In this document: piece after piece, positions 27,792-37,199 of the stretch
Layout: each line of letters begins with the position of its first letter
How positions within the stretch are numbered: the first letter of the stretch is position 1
Assembly (NCBI GenBank): GCA_027450205.1
Contig: DAIDJL010000002.1
Coordinates: 205,007 to 269,006, forward strand
Length of the DNA: 64,000 nucleotides
Source: Candidatus Parcubacteria bacterium
GTDB taxonomy: Bacteria > Patescibacteriota > Minisyncoccia > UBA6257 > 2-01-FULL-56-20
Direction of reading: 5' to 3'
The notes under the pieces: model-generated
The model's database searches: none
What the model was told of the DNA's origin: nothing
Seen by the model: only the letters and a program-made list of their open reading frames with translations
Position numbers and translations under genes: made by a program

Positions 27792-28061
27792 ATGAACCAG
27801 ATTATTAAGAAAAAAGCTTTGCGGCGCCTCCAGATTGTGAAAGGCCAAATTAAGGGCCTTGAAAAGATGATCGGTGATGAAAAATATTGTATTGATATTA
27901 TCACGCAATCATCTGCAATCAAGCAAGCACTTTCCGGCGTTGAGGGGTTGCTGCTCGAAAATCACCTCGCCACCCACGTAGCGATGCAGATGAAGGCCGG
28001 GCATGGCAAGAAAGCCGCTGATGAAATATTAAAAGTCTATAAATTATCACAACGAAGATAA
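27792..28061 (+). CDS. csoR: CsoR/RcnR-family metal-sensing transcriptional repressor
   Basis: 89 aa; family pattern ...L.RL.R..GQ..G...M......C.D...Q..A...AL......L...H. Confidence 0.75.
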   Translation: MNQIIKKKALRRLQIVKGQIKGLEKMIGDEKYCIDIITQSSAIKQALSGVEGLLLENHLATHVAMQMKAGHGKKAADEILKVYKLSQRR

Positions 28062-28816
28062 TGACAAAAAGAATAATTACCTATATCGGGTTATCGCTTG
28101 CAACATTCTCCGTATTTCTTGTCGTGGGAACGGCGAACGCGCAAATGATGGGAGGATATAACGGATCGTACGGTTCTATGATGGGCGGCTGGACTTACCC
28201 GGGCGCGTCTTCAACGACAATGTCCGCAAGCGACACGCAGGCGATCGCGGACGGTAAGGCGCTATACGGGCAGTTGCAAGCAGGGCAGGCGCAGTGCAGC
28301 CAGCTCACGCAGGATAACTATGATCAGCTCGGCGAATATTTTATGGACCAGATGACGGGATCGGGCCACGCGGCGATGGATTCGATGCTCTCATCCATGA
28401 TGGGCCAGCAGGGTGACACGGCGATGCACATCGCGCTCGGCGAACGATATTCGGGCTGCGATCCGAACGCCGCGCTCCCCGCGGGCGCGATGATGGGTTA
28501 TGGCAATTACGACAACGGAGCTTCGTCGACTCCGTATCAAAATAATTTTTTAAACAACATGATGGGATATGGATACGGCGGGTACGGACCCATGGGGTAT
28601 GGCTACGCGGATCCGCTGGGGTGGATCTTCATGCTCCTTTTTTGGGCACTGATCGTCATCGGCGTCATCGTGCTCATTCGCTGGCTTGGCCACGGCAGGC
28701 ATCGGCACGGATGGCATGAACACGGCCATTCGGCGATGGACGTTCTCAAAGAGCGTTACGCGAAGGGCGAGATCGACAAGAGGGAGTTTGAAGAAAAGAA
28801 AAAAGATCTGGAATAA
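28061..28816 (+). CDS. membrane protein with Met/Gly/Tyr-rich repeats and C-terminal SHOCT domain
   Basis: Repeats MMGGYNGSYGSMMGG, MMGYGNYDNG, MMGYGYGGYGPMGYGYADP, one TM, His-rich HGRHRHGWHEHGH, then SHOCT-like DVLKERYAKGEIDKREFEEKKKDL. Start overlaps csoR stop (TAATG). Confidence 0.6.
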   Translation: MTKRIITYIGLSLATFSVFLVVGTANAQMMGGYNGSYGSMMGGWTYPGASSTTMSASDTQAIADGKALYGQLQAGQAQCSQLTQDNYDQLGEYFMDQMTGSGHAAMDSMLSSMMGQQGDTAMHIALGERYSGCDPNAALPAGAMMGYGNYDNGASSTPYQNNFLNNMMGYGYGGYGPMGYGYADPLGWIFMLLFWALIVIGVIVLIRWLGHGRHRHGWHEHGHSAMDVLKERYAKGEIDKREFEEKKKDLE

Positions 28817-28818
28817 AA

Positions 28819-29234
28819 GCATGAAATCGGCGCTCGCAACCATGGTCATCGTAACGGCTGTTCTCGCCCTTGTGGCGGGCGGCTTTGCGATGGCCACTAT
28901 GGGGGCGGGCAATCATACGAATTGTCTTGCGGCGATCCCGGGAAGTCCGGAGTGCGTGAACGGCATGAGCCCGATCCAGTTCGTGGAGATGCACATCAAC
29001 ACCCTCCTCGGCGCTTCACTGGGCATCGTGGGCTCTCTTGCGTTTTCATTTTTTGCATTGCTCGTGGCATTTATGTGGCTTACGATTTCTGCCGCCACAG
29101 ATCCGTTGTTTATGGTTTCGCGTCGGTTAAGTATTATCAGCAACGCAAGGGCGAGCGGCATTGGTAAACAGCGTCATTGGATTTCCCTCCTCGAAAAGCG
29201 CGATCCGTCTCTGTTGTGCGCTATGAACGCCTAA
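28819..29234 (+). CDS. membrane protein
   Basis: Internal Met start of ORF 28686..29234; 3 TM helices. Confidence 0.35.
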
Positions 29235-29290
29235 GCGAACCAGATTCGCCGCGTCGTTTGTAGCGCCCTAAACCGCAGAAATGCGGTTTT

Positions 29291-29809
29291 TTGGTTCGCA
29301 ATCAATTCACAATTACCATGAACACAAAACCAACGCTGGAAGAATTTCTCAAAAAAATAGCATCAATCAAGGAAAAAGCGGGCGTCGATCTCTCGACGAC
29401 GGAAGATCTGAGCGTCGCCGTCATGAATCTCGTGAGCCTCGAAGAGCACTTTTTCTTTACGGGGGTAAAAATAAATAAAGACGAGTATTTCGATACGGCG
29501 CAAGAGATCAGGGAATTGCGCAAGCAATTCCTCGCTCAGCTTATGCCGGAGAATGAAGGCGAGACGTGGTGCATCGCAAAGCATCTCCTCGCGGCGACCA
29601 TGCGCCTCATCGAGGTCGGGAACAAACTGCAATCGGAAGGAGAAAAGCAGCGGGCGAAGCAAACGTTCGAGGGCGCGTACAAGGTGTATTCGATCTTTTG
29701 GGCGCTGAAATTGAAGCTGGTCACGGGAGGGAAAATAAAAAGGATTGCCAAGGGCAGTCCGCAATTCGAGGATCTCGTCAATAAACTTGCCGCGTGCTGC
29801 GACGAATAG
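29291..29809 (+). CDS. hypothetical cytoplasmic helical protein
   Basis: 172-aa ORF; no recognised domain. Confidence 0.45.
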   Translation: MVRNQFTITMNTKPTLEEFLKKIASIKEKAGVDLSTTEDLSVAVMNLVSLEEHFFFTGVKINKDEYFDTAQEIRELRKQFLAQLMPENEGETWCIAKHLLAATMRLIEVGNKLQSEGEKQRAKQTFEGAYKVYSIFWALKLKLVTGGKIKRIAKGSPQFEDLVNKLAACCDE

Positions 29810-29812
29810 CTC

Positions 29813-30811
29813 ATGAACAATATGGAACACGAACAACATCAGCACGAATCAGAGCCGACAGATAATCTTCCTTCGGCAGCGGTGGCAAAGAGTGACAAAA
29901 AAGATCTGTTTTTGCCGCTCAGCATTCTTGCGTCCGCGCTGCTTATCGCTTCGGCGTTTGTGTATATCGGCAACCAACGGGAGGCGGGAGGACAAGCTGC
30001 CTTTGTGGCGAAAGGGGTTTCGGCCACGACAACGCGAGAAGTAGCATCCGTTTCCGCGCTTCAAGAAAAAGTGATTCCGGCGAACGGCGTGACGCTGCCT
30101 GCACGTTGGGGAGATTTGGGGAAACAGTTAGTTTCTGCGGGTGTGATCGACGAGTCGCAATTTGAGGCGCTCTATGCGCAGCGCGGCGGATTGCCTCCCG
30201 ATATGAGGGCGCTGCTTGGTAATGCAGACAATGGCAATCTCGTCATCACGCCCCAGAATTCAGGCGTTCTCCTGAACCTTTTGTGGGCGCTTGGCTTGGG
30301 GAATAACAACCCGGTTCTCACGAGCGGCCAGATGCAGAATCCGCAATACGGCGGGGCGAAGAACTTCGCCTCGACGGGCGGTTGGACGCTTTCGGTCGGC
30401 GACGCGATGAGCCACTACAGCGCCCATTCGTTCATAACCCTTACCGCCAATCAGCAGGCCCTCGTCGATCGTGTCGCGCAGAACATTTACCGTCCGTGCT
30501 GCGGCAATTCGACCTACTTCCCGGATTGCAATCATGGCATGGCGATGCTGGGACTCCTCGAGCTCATGGCCTCGCAGGGCGTCTCCGAAACGGATATGTA
30601 CAAGGCCGCGCTCACAGTGAACTCCTACTGGTTCCCAGGCACCTACATGACGCTTGCGACCTACTTCCAAAGCCAAGGCGTTGATTGGGGCGCGGTTGAC
30701 CCGAAGACGGTCCTCGGTGCCGCGTATTCAAGCGCCCAGGGATATCAGCAGATAGAGAACAAAATTATCCCGGTGCAGACGCAATCGTCGGGCGGCTGCG
30801 GGGTGCAGTAA
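29813..30811 (+). CDS. membrane-anchored secreted protein ending ...SSGGCGVQ
   Basis: TM anchor LPLSILASALLIASAFVYI; 332 aa; C-terminus GCGVQ shared with the next gene, including the DNA motif ggctgcggggtgca.taa. Confidence 0.5.
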   Translation: MNNMEHEQHQHESEPTDNLPSAAVAKSDKKDLFLPLSILASALLIASAFVYIGNQREAGGQAAFVAKGVSATTTREVASVSALQEKVIPANGVTLPARWGDLGKQLVSAGVIDESQFEALYAQRGGLPPDMRALLGNADNGNLVITPQNSGVLLNLLWALGLGNNNPVLTSGQMQNPQYGGAKNFASTGGWTLSVGDAMSHYSAHSFITLTANQQALVDRVAQNIYRPCCGNSTYFPDCNHGMAMLGLLELMASQGVSETDMYKAALTVNSYWFPGTYMTLATYFQSQGVDWGAVDPKTVLGAAYSSAQGYQQIENKIIPVQTQSSGGCGVQ

Positions 30812-30827
30812 TCGGGAATGAAAAAGC

Positions 30828-31028
30828 ATGAAACCAACCAATGATAATTTCTGGCTCTTCATCAGCATCGCGCTCTTTGTGATGATCGTCGGCACGGCAT
30901 GGGTTTACGCATTCCGGCCGTTCAGCGCGAACGCGGTGACGCAATCACAGGATAGTGCCACTGCATCGTCGCAAGCCCAGACCGCACCCCCATCCTACGG
31001 CCAAAGCAGCGGCTGCGGGGTGCAATAA
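30828..31028 (+). CDS. small membrane protein ending ...SSGCGVQ
   Basis: 66 aa, one TM, same C-terminal GCGVQ. Confidence 0.4.
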   Translation: MKPTNDNFWLFISIALFVMIVGTAWVYAFRPFSANAVTQSQDSATASSQAQTAPPSYGQSSGCGVQ

Positions 31029-31033
31029 CAATT

Positions 31034-31894
31034 ATGGAACTCCTCATCAGCACATCATTAGTAGCAGCATTCGTGGCGGGCGTGGCGGCATTGTTCGCGC
31101 CGTGCTGCGTCACAGTTCTTCTGCCCTCGTACTTCGGGTCAATCTTTGAGACGCGGAGAAAGGTATTCCTCATGACCTTCATCTTCTTCCTCGGCATCCT
31201 GACCGTATTCTTGCCGCTCGGATTAGGATTTTCGTCATTAAGCACCTTCTTTGGACACTATCACCACGAAATCTTTACGATCGTCGGTTTACTGCTCCTC
31301 GCTTTGGGCATCTCGCTCCTTTTCGGGAAGCGATTGCCCATGCCGTCCTCGTGGAAACCAAAGTTTGAAATGAAGGAAAAGGAAACAGCGGCGTCGGTCT
31401 ATGTCCTCGGCATTTTCTCCGGCATCGCGACGACCTGCTGCGCCCCCGTGCTCGCGGGAGCGCTTGCGCTTTCCGTGCTTCCGGGTTCGTTCACGTGGGG
31501 CATTATCTACACCTTGGCTTACGTGCTCGGCATGGTGACGCCGCTCTTCATCTTGGCCACCGTCATTGATCGTACGCATCTCACGAACCGGCTCTTCGAG
31601 GCACGGAAGCCATTTACGTTCAACTTGTTTGGAAAGGAATTCAAGACACGATTCTCCGACCTCTTGGCGGGCGCGACCTTCACTATTATGGGCGTCTTCA
31701 CGCTCATCTGGGCGGCGAACAACCCGATGGGATACTCGGCCACTGCTGTGGACATCAACATCTTCATTACGCAGGCATTGCAGTCCGCAAACCGATTCAT
31801 CGGATGGGTGCCGCAGTTCGCATGGGCGATCGTCATTGTCGGACTTCTCGCGTGGCTTACGGTAATGGCCACAAAACAAAACAAAGAAAATTAA
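31034..31894 (+). CDS. CcdA/DsbD-like transmembrane thiol-disulfide transfer protein
   Basis: Polytopic; Cys pairs inside TM helices (APCCVTVLLP, TTCCAPVLAG) as in the DsbD/CcdA family. Confidence 0.5.
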   Translation: MELLISTSLVAAFVAGVAALFAPCCVTVLLPSYFGSIFETRRKVFLMTFIFFLGILTVFLPLGLGFSSLSTFFGHYHHEIFTIVGLLLLALGISLLFGKRLPMPSSWKPKFEMKEKETAASVYVLGIFSGIATTCCAPVLAGALALSVLPGSFTWGIIYTLAYVLGMVTPLFILATVIDRTHLTNRLFEARKPFTFNLFGKEFKTRFSDLLAGATFTIMGVFTLIWAANNPMGYSATAVDINIFITQALQSANRFIGWVPQFAWAIVIVGLLAWLTVMATKQNKEN

Positions 31895-31913
31895 TCGATA
31901 GAGAAGTAAAAAA

Positions 31914-32540
31914 ATGAAAACATATCAGAAAAAGAACAATACGACAGCAATTGTGGCGATCATCGCTATCGCGGTGTTCGCCATCGGTGGCATCTACATG
32001 CTAAGTCGCGGCAGCGGTGGCCCGCAGACAGGCGGCGACCCCATGCATTCGGGAAGCGCGGCAGCGTCATCGGGATCGCCGAACGATCTTGTCGGCAAGC
32101 CCGCTCCGCAGTTCTCGCTCCAAGACCGGAACGGCACGATCTACACGAACGAAAGCTTGAAAGGAAAGGATGTAGTGCTGTTCTTCAATGAGGGCATCAT
32201 GTGCTATCCGGCATGCTGGAATCAGATGGTGGCGCTCCCGCAGCTCGACAGCTCGAATACCGTCGCACTGTCGGTGGTGATCGATCAGCCAGCGGATTGG
32301 GCCAGCGCAATCCAGAAGATGCCTCAGCTTGCCTCTGCGACGGTGCTCTTTGATACGGACAAGAGCGTATCGAATGAGTACGGCATGCTCACGGTAAATT
32401 CCTCGATGCATTACGGATCGTACCCTGGCCACACATTCGTTCTTATCGACAAGCAAGGCATCGTCCGTTACGTTTTCGATGATCCAAATATGGGCGTCGA
32501 CAACGATAAGGTCGCGAGTGAACTCGCACAGCTGAATTAG
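31914..32540 (+). CDS. thioredoxin-fold thiol:disulfide oxidoreductase (TlpA/ResA/redoxin-like)
   Basis: Signal anchor; VVLFFNEGIMCYPACWNQ with CxxC active site; 208 aa. Confidence 0.65.
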   Translation: MKTYQKKNNTTAIVAIIAIAVFAIGGIYMLSRGSGGPQTGGDPMHSGSAAASSGSPNDLVGKPAPQFSLQDRNGTIYTNESLKGKDVVLFFNEGIMCYPACWNQMVALPQLDSSNTVALSVVIDQPADWASAIQKMPQLASATVLFDTDKSVSNEYGMLTVNSSMHYGSYPGHTFVLIDKQGIVRYVFDDPNMGVDNDKVASELAQLN

Positions 32541-32541
32541 C

Positions 32542-32985
32542 ATGAACCGCACCATCATCACATCGATTGCGAAGGGAGCAGCCGCGACGCTGGTTTTGGT
32601 CGGCGCATATTTCCTGGTCGTTGGCCTTATCTCTGGCGTTGGATTTGCCGCGAGCCAATTCACAAGTTACTGGTACTATCTTGGAAGCCTCGCCGTTGGG
32701 TTCGGTATCCAGATCGGGCTATACAGCTACCTGAAAGCCGCGATCCACGCCAAAGGTCCGAGCGGTAAGATGCTTGCCGTGACGGGGACAACGTCCACGG
32801 GCGCGATGGTCTCCTGCTGCGCCCACTACCTCGTGAACATTTTGCCCGTCTTGGGCGTGAGCGCATTCGCCTCATTTATCGGGGCGTATCAAGTGCAGCT
32901 TTTCTGGGTCGGCATCGCATTCAATCTCGCGGGCATTGCTTACATGATCAGTCGGATCGTGAAATTCAAGAAACAAATTGTATGA
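32542..32985 (+). CDS. membrane protein (4 TM, CC pair)
   Basis: 147-aa hydrophobic ORF, ATGA overlap with upstream stop. Confidence 0.4.
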   Translation: MNRTIITSIAKGAAATLVLVGAYFLVVGLISGVGFAASQFTSYWYYLGSLAVGFGIQIGLYSYLKAAIHAKGPSGKMLAVTGTTSTGAMVSCCAHYLVNILPVLGVSAFASFIGAYQVQLFWVGIAFNLAGIAYMISRIVKFKKQIV

Positions 32986-33455
32986 ATACAAAAAACGCAA
33001 TTCTCATTGGACTTGCTGTTCTCGCGGTCATGTTTTTCCTCTATACCTTGAGCGTTCCGCGAGGCACGCCTACGGAATACGGAGGAACGACAAGCCAAAC
33101 GCAGCAATCGTCCGGCAAGGCATCGGCGCCCTACGGATCGCAAACCAATTCCGAGGGTACGGCGGAAGTCGTCGCGCAACCGCGCGCGCCCGGCACCAGC
33201 ACATGGACGTTCAGCTTCGGCATCGACACACACATGGGCAGCCTCGACATGGATATGACGAAAGTGGCCGTGCTGACCGATGATCGCGGTGACTCGCTTG
33301 CACCCATCGCATGGGATGGCCCTGCTGCCGGAGGGCACCACCGCAACGGTACGCTTACGTTCCCTGCGCCATCGTCCACGCCGAAGACGATAACGCTCAC
33401 GGTGAGCAATGTCGGTGGGGTTGCGACAAGGACGTTCACATGGAATGCGCAATAA
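32982..33455 (+). CDS. secreted protein
   Basis: Signal peptide MNTKNAILIGLAVLAVMFFLY; 157 aa. Confidence 0.45.
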   Translation: MNTKNAILIGLAVLAVMFFLYTLSVPRGTPTEYGGTTSQTQQSSGKASAPYGSQTNSEGTAEVVAQPRAPGTSTWTFSFGIDTHMGSLDMDMTKVAVLTDDRGDSLAPIAWDGPAAGGHHRNGTLTFPAPSSTPKTITLTVSNVGGVATRTFTWNAQ

Positions 33456-33487
33456 AGGCCGAACAAAGAAATTAACCAAGCAAAAAT

Positions 33488-33808
33488 ATGGAAAATCAAA
33501 ATAATAACACTACTCATGACCATGAAAGTGGCCATAGCTCATCAATGATGTGGATGATGATCGCCTGTTGCGCGGTACCGATTATCGCCATCTTGCTTTT
33601 GGGTGGGGGAGCGGCAGCGTTCGGCGGAACAGCACTCCTGCCGCTCATCGCGCTCGTGCTTCTCGCGGCGTGCGTCATCATGATGATGCGGCATCGGAAG
33701 TCGTCGCACAGTGACGCGCCGCATGATAGTCACGTCGTGGATATTGAGCAATCCTCAAAGGCCGAAACTCATGACGATACAAAGCAGGATCATTCCTGTT
33801 GCCACTAG
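33488..33808 (+). CDS. His-rich small membrane protein ending SCCH
   Basis: N-terminal HDHESGHSSS, two TM, C-terminal HSDAPHDSHV...THDDTKQDHSCCH. Confidence 0.4.
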   Translation: MENQNNNTTHDHESGHSSSMMWMMIACCAVPIIAILLLGGGAAAFGGTALLPLIALVLLAACVIMMMRHRKSSHSDAPHDSHVVDIEQSSKAETHDDTKQDHSCCH

Positions 33809-33812
33809 CTTT

Positions 33813-34454
33813 ATGGACAACGCCTACGGCCTCTGGCCACTCGTCATCATCAATTCTGCCATCTTCATCGTATTCGCATTCAGCTTTACGAAGCCGAAAA
33901 CCCCGCGCGACTGGCGCTCGTTCGGAGCGTTTTCGGCATTCATCGTCGCGCTTTTCACGGAGATGTATGGGTTTCCTCTCACGATCTATCTTCTCTCGGG
34001 GTGGCTTACGAAAGCACTGCCGGGCGTGGATCTCTTAAGTCATAATTCCGGCCATCTTCTTGAAGACTTCTTCGGCTGGGGCGGCGATCCCCACTTCGGG
34101 CCGTTCCATCTCTTGAGCTATGTCCTGATCGGCATAGGAGTCTTTCTCTTGATGGATGCATGGACTGTCCTCTACAAAGCGCAGCGTGAACATACGCTTG
34201 CGACCACCGGGCCGTATGCCCGCATCCGCCATCCGCAGTATGCGGCGTTCATCCTCATCATGCTCGGGTTCCTGTTCCAGTGGCCGACGATCCTCACGCT
34301 CGCCATGTTCCCGGTGCTTGTATGGATGTATATCCATCTTGCGCGGACCGAAGAGCGGGAAGCAAAAGAAGTGTTTGGTGTTACATGGGATATCTACGTG
34401 GCGCGAACGCCCGCATTCATTCCTCGGTGGGGGAGAAATAAATCATCGAAATAA
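33813..34454 (+). CDS. isoprenylcysteine carboxyl methyltransferase (ICMT/PEMT) family membrane protein
   Basis: RIRHPQYAAFILIMLGFLFQ...E.E...FG..W..Y pattern of the ICMT family. Start at Met 33813, right after the upstream stop. Confidence 0.65.
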   Translation: MDNAYGLWPLVIINSAIFIVFAFSFTKPKTPRDWRSFGAFSAFIVALFTEMYGFPLTIYLLSGWLTKALPGVDLLSHNSGHLLEDFFGWGGDPHFGPFHLLSYVLIGIGVFLLMDAWTVLYKAQREHTLATTGPYARIRHPQYAAFILIMLGFLFQWPTILTLAMFPVLVWMYIHLARTEEREAKEVFGVTWDIYVARTPAFIPRWGRNKSSK

Positions 34455-34460
34455 AAATCT

Positions 34461-34637
34461 ATGCTCAGAATCTTCAAGAAAAAATGTCCGATTTGCAGGA
34501 TGACGCTCGAAGAAGGGAAGGAATATCCGGAAGGGTTCGGTAAGCGATTCTATTCCGAGAGATGCAAAGATCAATATCGGTTGCTGTTAGATAAACAACA
34601 GCAACCCCGCAGATCCAAAGGCGGCGGATGCTGCTGA
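34461..34637 (+). CDS. small Cys-rich metal-binding-like protein (CPICRM...) ending GGCC
   Basis: 58-aa ORF below the 60-aa track cutoff: MLRIFKKKCPICRMTLEEGKEYPEGFGKRFYSERCKDQYRLL...SKGGGCC. Confidence 0.35.
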   Translation: MLRIFKKKCPICRMTLEEGKEYPEGFGKRFYSERCKDQYRLLLDKQQQPRRSKGGGCC

Positions 34638-34649
34638 CCGCATAAAGGT

Positions 34650-35954
34650 ATGCGAGGGCTGCCTGTCTCTCTCGGGTTCGGATTTATCGCGGCCATGGTC
34701 GTAAGTATTCTTTTTATTCCTTACGTGAAGGCGGCGGCAATACAGACTGCGACGAGTACGGGCAGCGATTCTGCACAGGCCCAGCAAATCAGCACGGACA
34801 ACCAGCAGATTGCCACCCTCAATCAAGAGATCGCGACATACCAAGCGCAACTCCAAAAAGTCGGCGCGGACAAGAAGACCCTCCAGTCCGCTATCAATGC
34901 GCTCGATCTTGAGCGAAGCAAGGGACGGGCACAGGTCGCCCTCACTCAAGTGCAGATCAATACCACCCAGGCGCAGATTTGGCAGCTGGGTGGGGAAATG
35001 ACAAAGGCGAAGCAAACGATCGCCACGGATCAGGCGGCGCTCGGGGGATACTTGCGAAGCCTTCAAAAAGCCGATGGTAAGCCGCTCATCGTGCAGATGC
35101 TTTCGTCGGGCAGCCTCGTTGCAGTATGGGATGACATTAATGCGACGTTGAAAATGCAAAATGCCGTCCAAGGCCAAATGCAAACATTACGTATTCAGGA
35201 GGGCAACCTCGCGGATTCGCAGGCTGCGTCGAAACAGAAACAGGAGACGCTCACATCCCAAAAGCAAACGCTCGCATCACAGCAGCAATCGCTCGTCGCG
35301 ACGGAGCAATCGAAAACCCAGCTGCTTGCCGAAACGAAATCACAGGAGGCGATCTACCAGAAATTACTTGCGGCGGCGGAAGCGGAACTCAATAGCTTCT
35401 CGACGTTCACCCAGAATGCCGGTGGTCCAAAACTGCTTGCCGATCAGACGAGTTGCAATGCGTCGGGTTGCTATTACAATCAGCGCGATGTTGCGTGGGG
35501 AAGCGACACGCTTGACGGGACGAAATACACCCTTGCGAGCGCCGGGTGCCTCATCGCATCCGTGGCGATGGTGCTCACCCATTACGGCTACCGCGACGTA
35601 ACGCCCGCGACCATCAATGCGGACCCGGATAATTTTGCCGCGTACTCTCCCGATCTACTGCTCGCGACGATCAGCGTGGATGGCGCGACCGTCACGCGGA
35701 AGGCCGTGAATGTGCGCGGCGCGGCTGTCGCACGCAAGGTCGACGTCATCGACGCGATGCTTGCGACCGGCCATCCGGCGATCGTCGGTATGAACGCCCT
35801 CGGCGGAACACACTTTGTCGTGCTCACGAGTGGGAGCAACGGCGATTACCTCATGCGAGATCCCTACGTGGCGAACGGCAATAATATCAGTTTCTCTTCG
35901 CATTACTCTCTGAAAGAAATATACAGTGTTGCGAGGGTTGTTGTTAGTAATTAG
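34650..35954 (+). CDS. secreted coiled-coil protein with C-terminal papain-like (C39-like/CHAP-like) peptidase domain
   Basis: Signal anchor, Q-rich coiled coil, then ...LASAGCLIASVAMVL...GTHFVVL (Cys/His pair). Confidence 0.5.
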   Translation: MRGLPVSLGFGFIAAMVVSILFIPYVKAAAIQTATSTGSDSAQAQQISTDNQQIATLNQEIATYQAQLQKVGADKKTLQSAINALDLERSKGRAQVALTQVQINTTQAQIWQLGGEMTKAKQTIATDQAALGGYLRSLQKADGKPLIVQMLSSGSLVAVWDDINATLKMQNAVQGQMQTLRIQEGNLADSQAASKQKQETLTSQKQTLASQQQSLVATEQSKTQLLAETKSQEAIYQKLLAAAEAELNSFSTFTQNAGGPKLLADQTSCNASGCYYNQRDVAWGSDTLDGTKYTLASAGCLIASVAMVLTHYGYRDVTPATINADPDNFAAYSPDLLLATISVDGATVTRKAVNVRGAAVARKVDVIDAMLATGHPAIVGMNALGGTHFVVLTSGSNGDYLMRDPYVANGNNISFSSHYSLKEIYSVARVVVSN

Positions 35955-35994
35955 TGTTGATCACGAGAGTACATGACGAATAAAAACCGTGATA

Positions 35995-36486
35995 TTATTT
36001 TTTTACGGCGTAAGAGATGACGATCTGGTCATTATCGTGCATCACGGTATTCTCGTAAGTGTCCACCGGACTGCCGTTCACCGTCACGGTGATCGTGTGG
36101 CTCGCATCGACCACGCTGTTGAGAATTTGGTTCTGATTGAATGTTTTGCCCCAGACGGCGAAGAAATCCCCGAGCGTGAAGTCGCGTGCCACCGGGGACT
36201 CGATGTGGATGGTGCCACTGTCGTCGTGAGTGTGGATTGGGTGCATACAGGCCAAACTAATCCCGATATCCGCGGGAATGGTTTGCGTCGCGTTGTTCAC
36301 GACGATCGTGAGATGCGGGTGGATATGGAATCTCGTCAATGGATCGGTCGTACAACTCAATGCCAGTTGCCGCGTCGTGAGCGTGGATGCGGAATGATTG
36401 CCCCAGACTATTAGTCCGACGGCGGCGAGAACGACCCCTCCCGCGATCCACCACCCTGAATATGATTTTTTGTGAGAGTATTTGTT
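35995..36486 (-). CDS. secreted protein with His-rich motif (HIHPHL...CMHPIHTHDDSGTIHIE)
   Basis: Signal peptide after MNKYSHKK start (36486); track ORF extends to 36558. Confidence 0.45.
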   Translation of the reverse strand, partial: NKYSHKKSYSGWWIAGGVVLAAVGLIVWGNHSASTLTTRQLALSCTTDPLTRFHIHPHLTIVVNNATQTIPADIGISLACMHPIHTHDDSGTIHIESPVARDFTLGDFFAVWGKTFNQNQILNSVVDASHTITVTVNGSPVDTYENTVMHDNDQIVISYAVKK

Positions 36487-36496
36487 CATGGTTTTG

Positions 36497-37189
36497 TCAT
36501 CCGCAAATGTCCGATGCATCCCAATATGCAGCAATTTTTTGCGCGTCCCATGTGCCATCGATGATCATTTTTTTGGCGATGCCTTCGTTTGTGAAATAGT
36601 GCCAGCACTTGCAGCAGCAGGGCTTTTCTTTCGAGATCGCATATGCCTGGTCATAGATGGCTTGTTGCGCAGGCGTAAGCGTCGTCGCATTATCGTAGTC
36701 AATCCAATATTTTGCCATCGCGATCGGCGTATGCATCGGGTCGAGCGGGATGTTTGGCGTATCCCTAAATGCCTGGAGCTTCTGCAGGTTCGCGTGATAA
36801 TCGACAGTGTCTTTCATCGCACCACAGCATTGGCCGCCCATAAAGAGGCCGGTCGTGCTTGCGAGGGTCGTAGGACCGGCCGCACAGCTCCCTCCTGTCG
36901 TGGGGTTATTACTGAGCAACCCGTCAACGTTCGGGGCGCAGCTTATGATCTGGCTGTCGAGATCGACGAGTTCCGGATCGACGGGCTTTGTGAGGCTTGC
37001 GCTTTGTTGGACGAAGTTCGCTTTACCCGCCGCCGTGGGAATTTTGTCGTAAGCGGCCTGATCTGCGGCAAGTGCGGTGCTGGCGTTTTTGCCACTTCGG
37101 CTTGTTATGACCCACGCGCCTGCGATTACCGCTACTGCAATAATAGCGATAGGGAGCAGTTTATTCTTTTGTTTTTTAATGAGTTTCAT
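36497..37189 (-). CDS. secreted Cys-rich protein (CCGAM, CCCKCWHY)
   Basis: Start MKLIKKQ at 37189; signal anchor; multiple Cys clusters. Confidence 0.45.
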   Translation of the reverse strand: MKLIKKQKNKLLPIAIIAVAVIAGAWVITSRSGKNASTALAADQAAYDKIPTAAGKANFVQQSASLTKPVDPELVDLDSQIISCAPNVDGLLSNNPTTGGSCAAGPTTLASTTGLFMGGQCCGAMKDTVDYHANLQKLQAFRDTPNIPLDPMHTPIAMAKYWIDYDNATTLTPAQQAIYDQAYAISKEKPCCCKCWHYFTNEGIAKKMIIDGTWDAQKIAAYWDASDICG

Positions 37190-37199
37190 GGTTGGTAAT

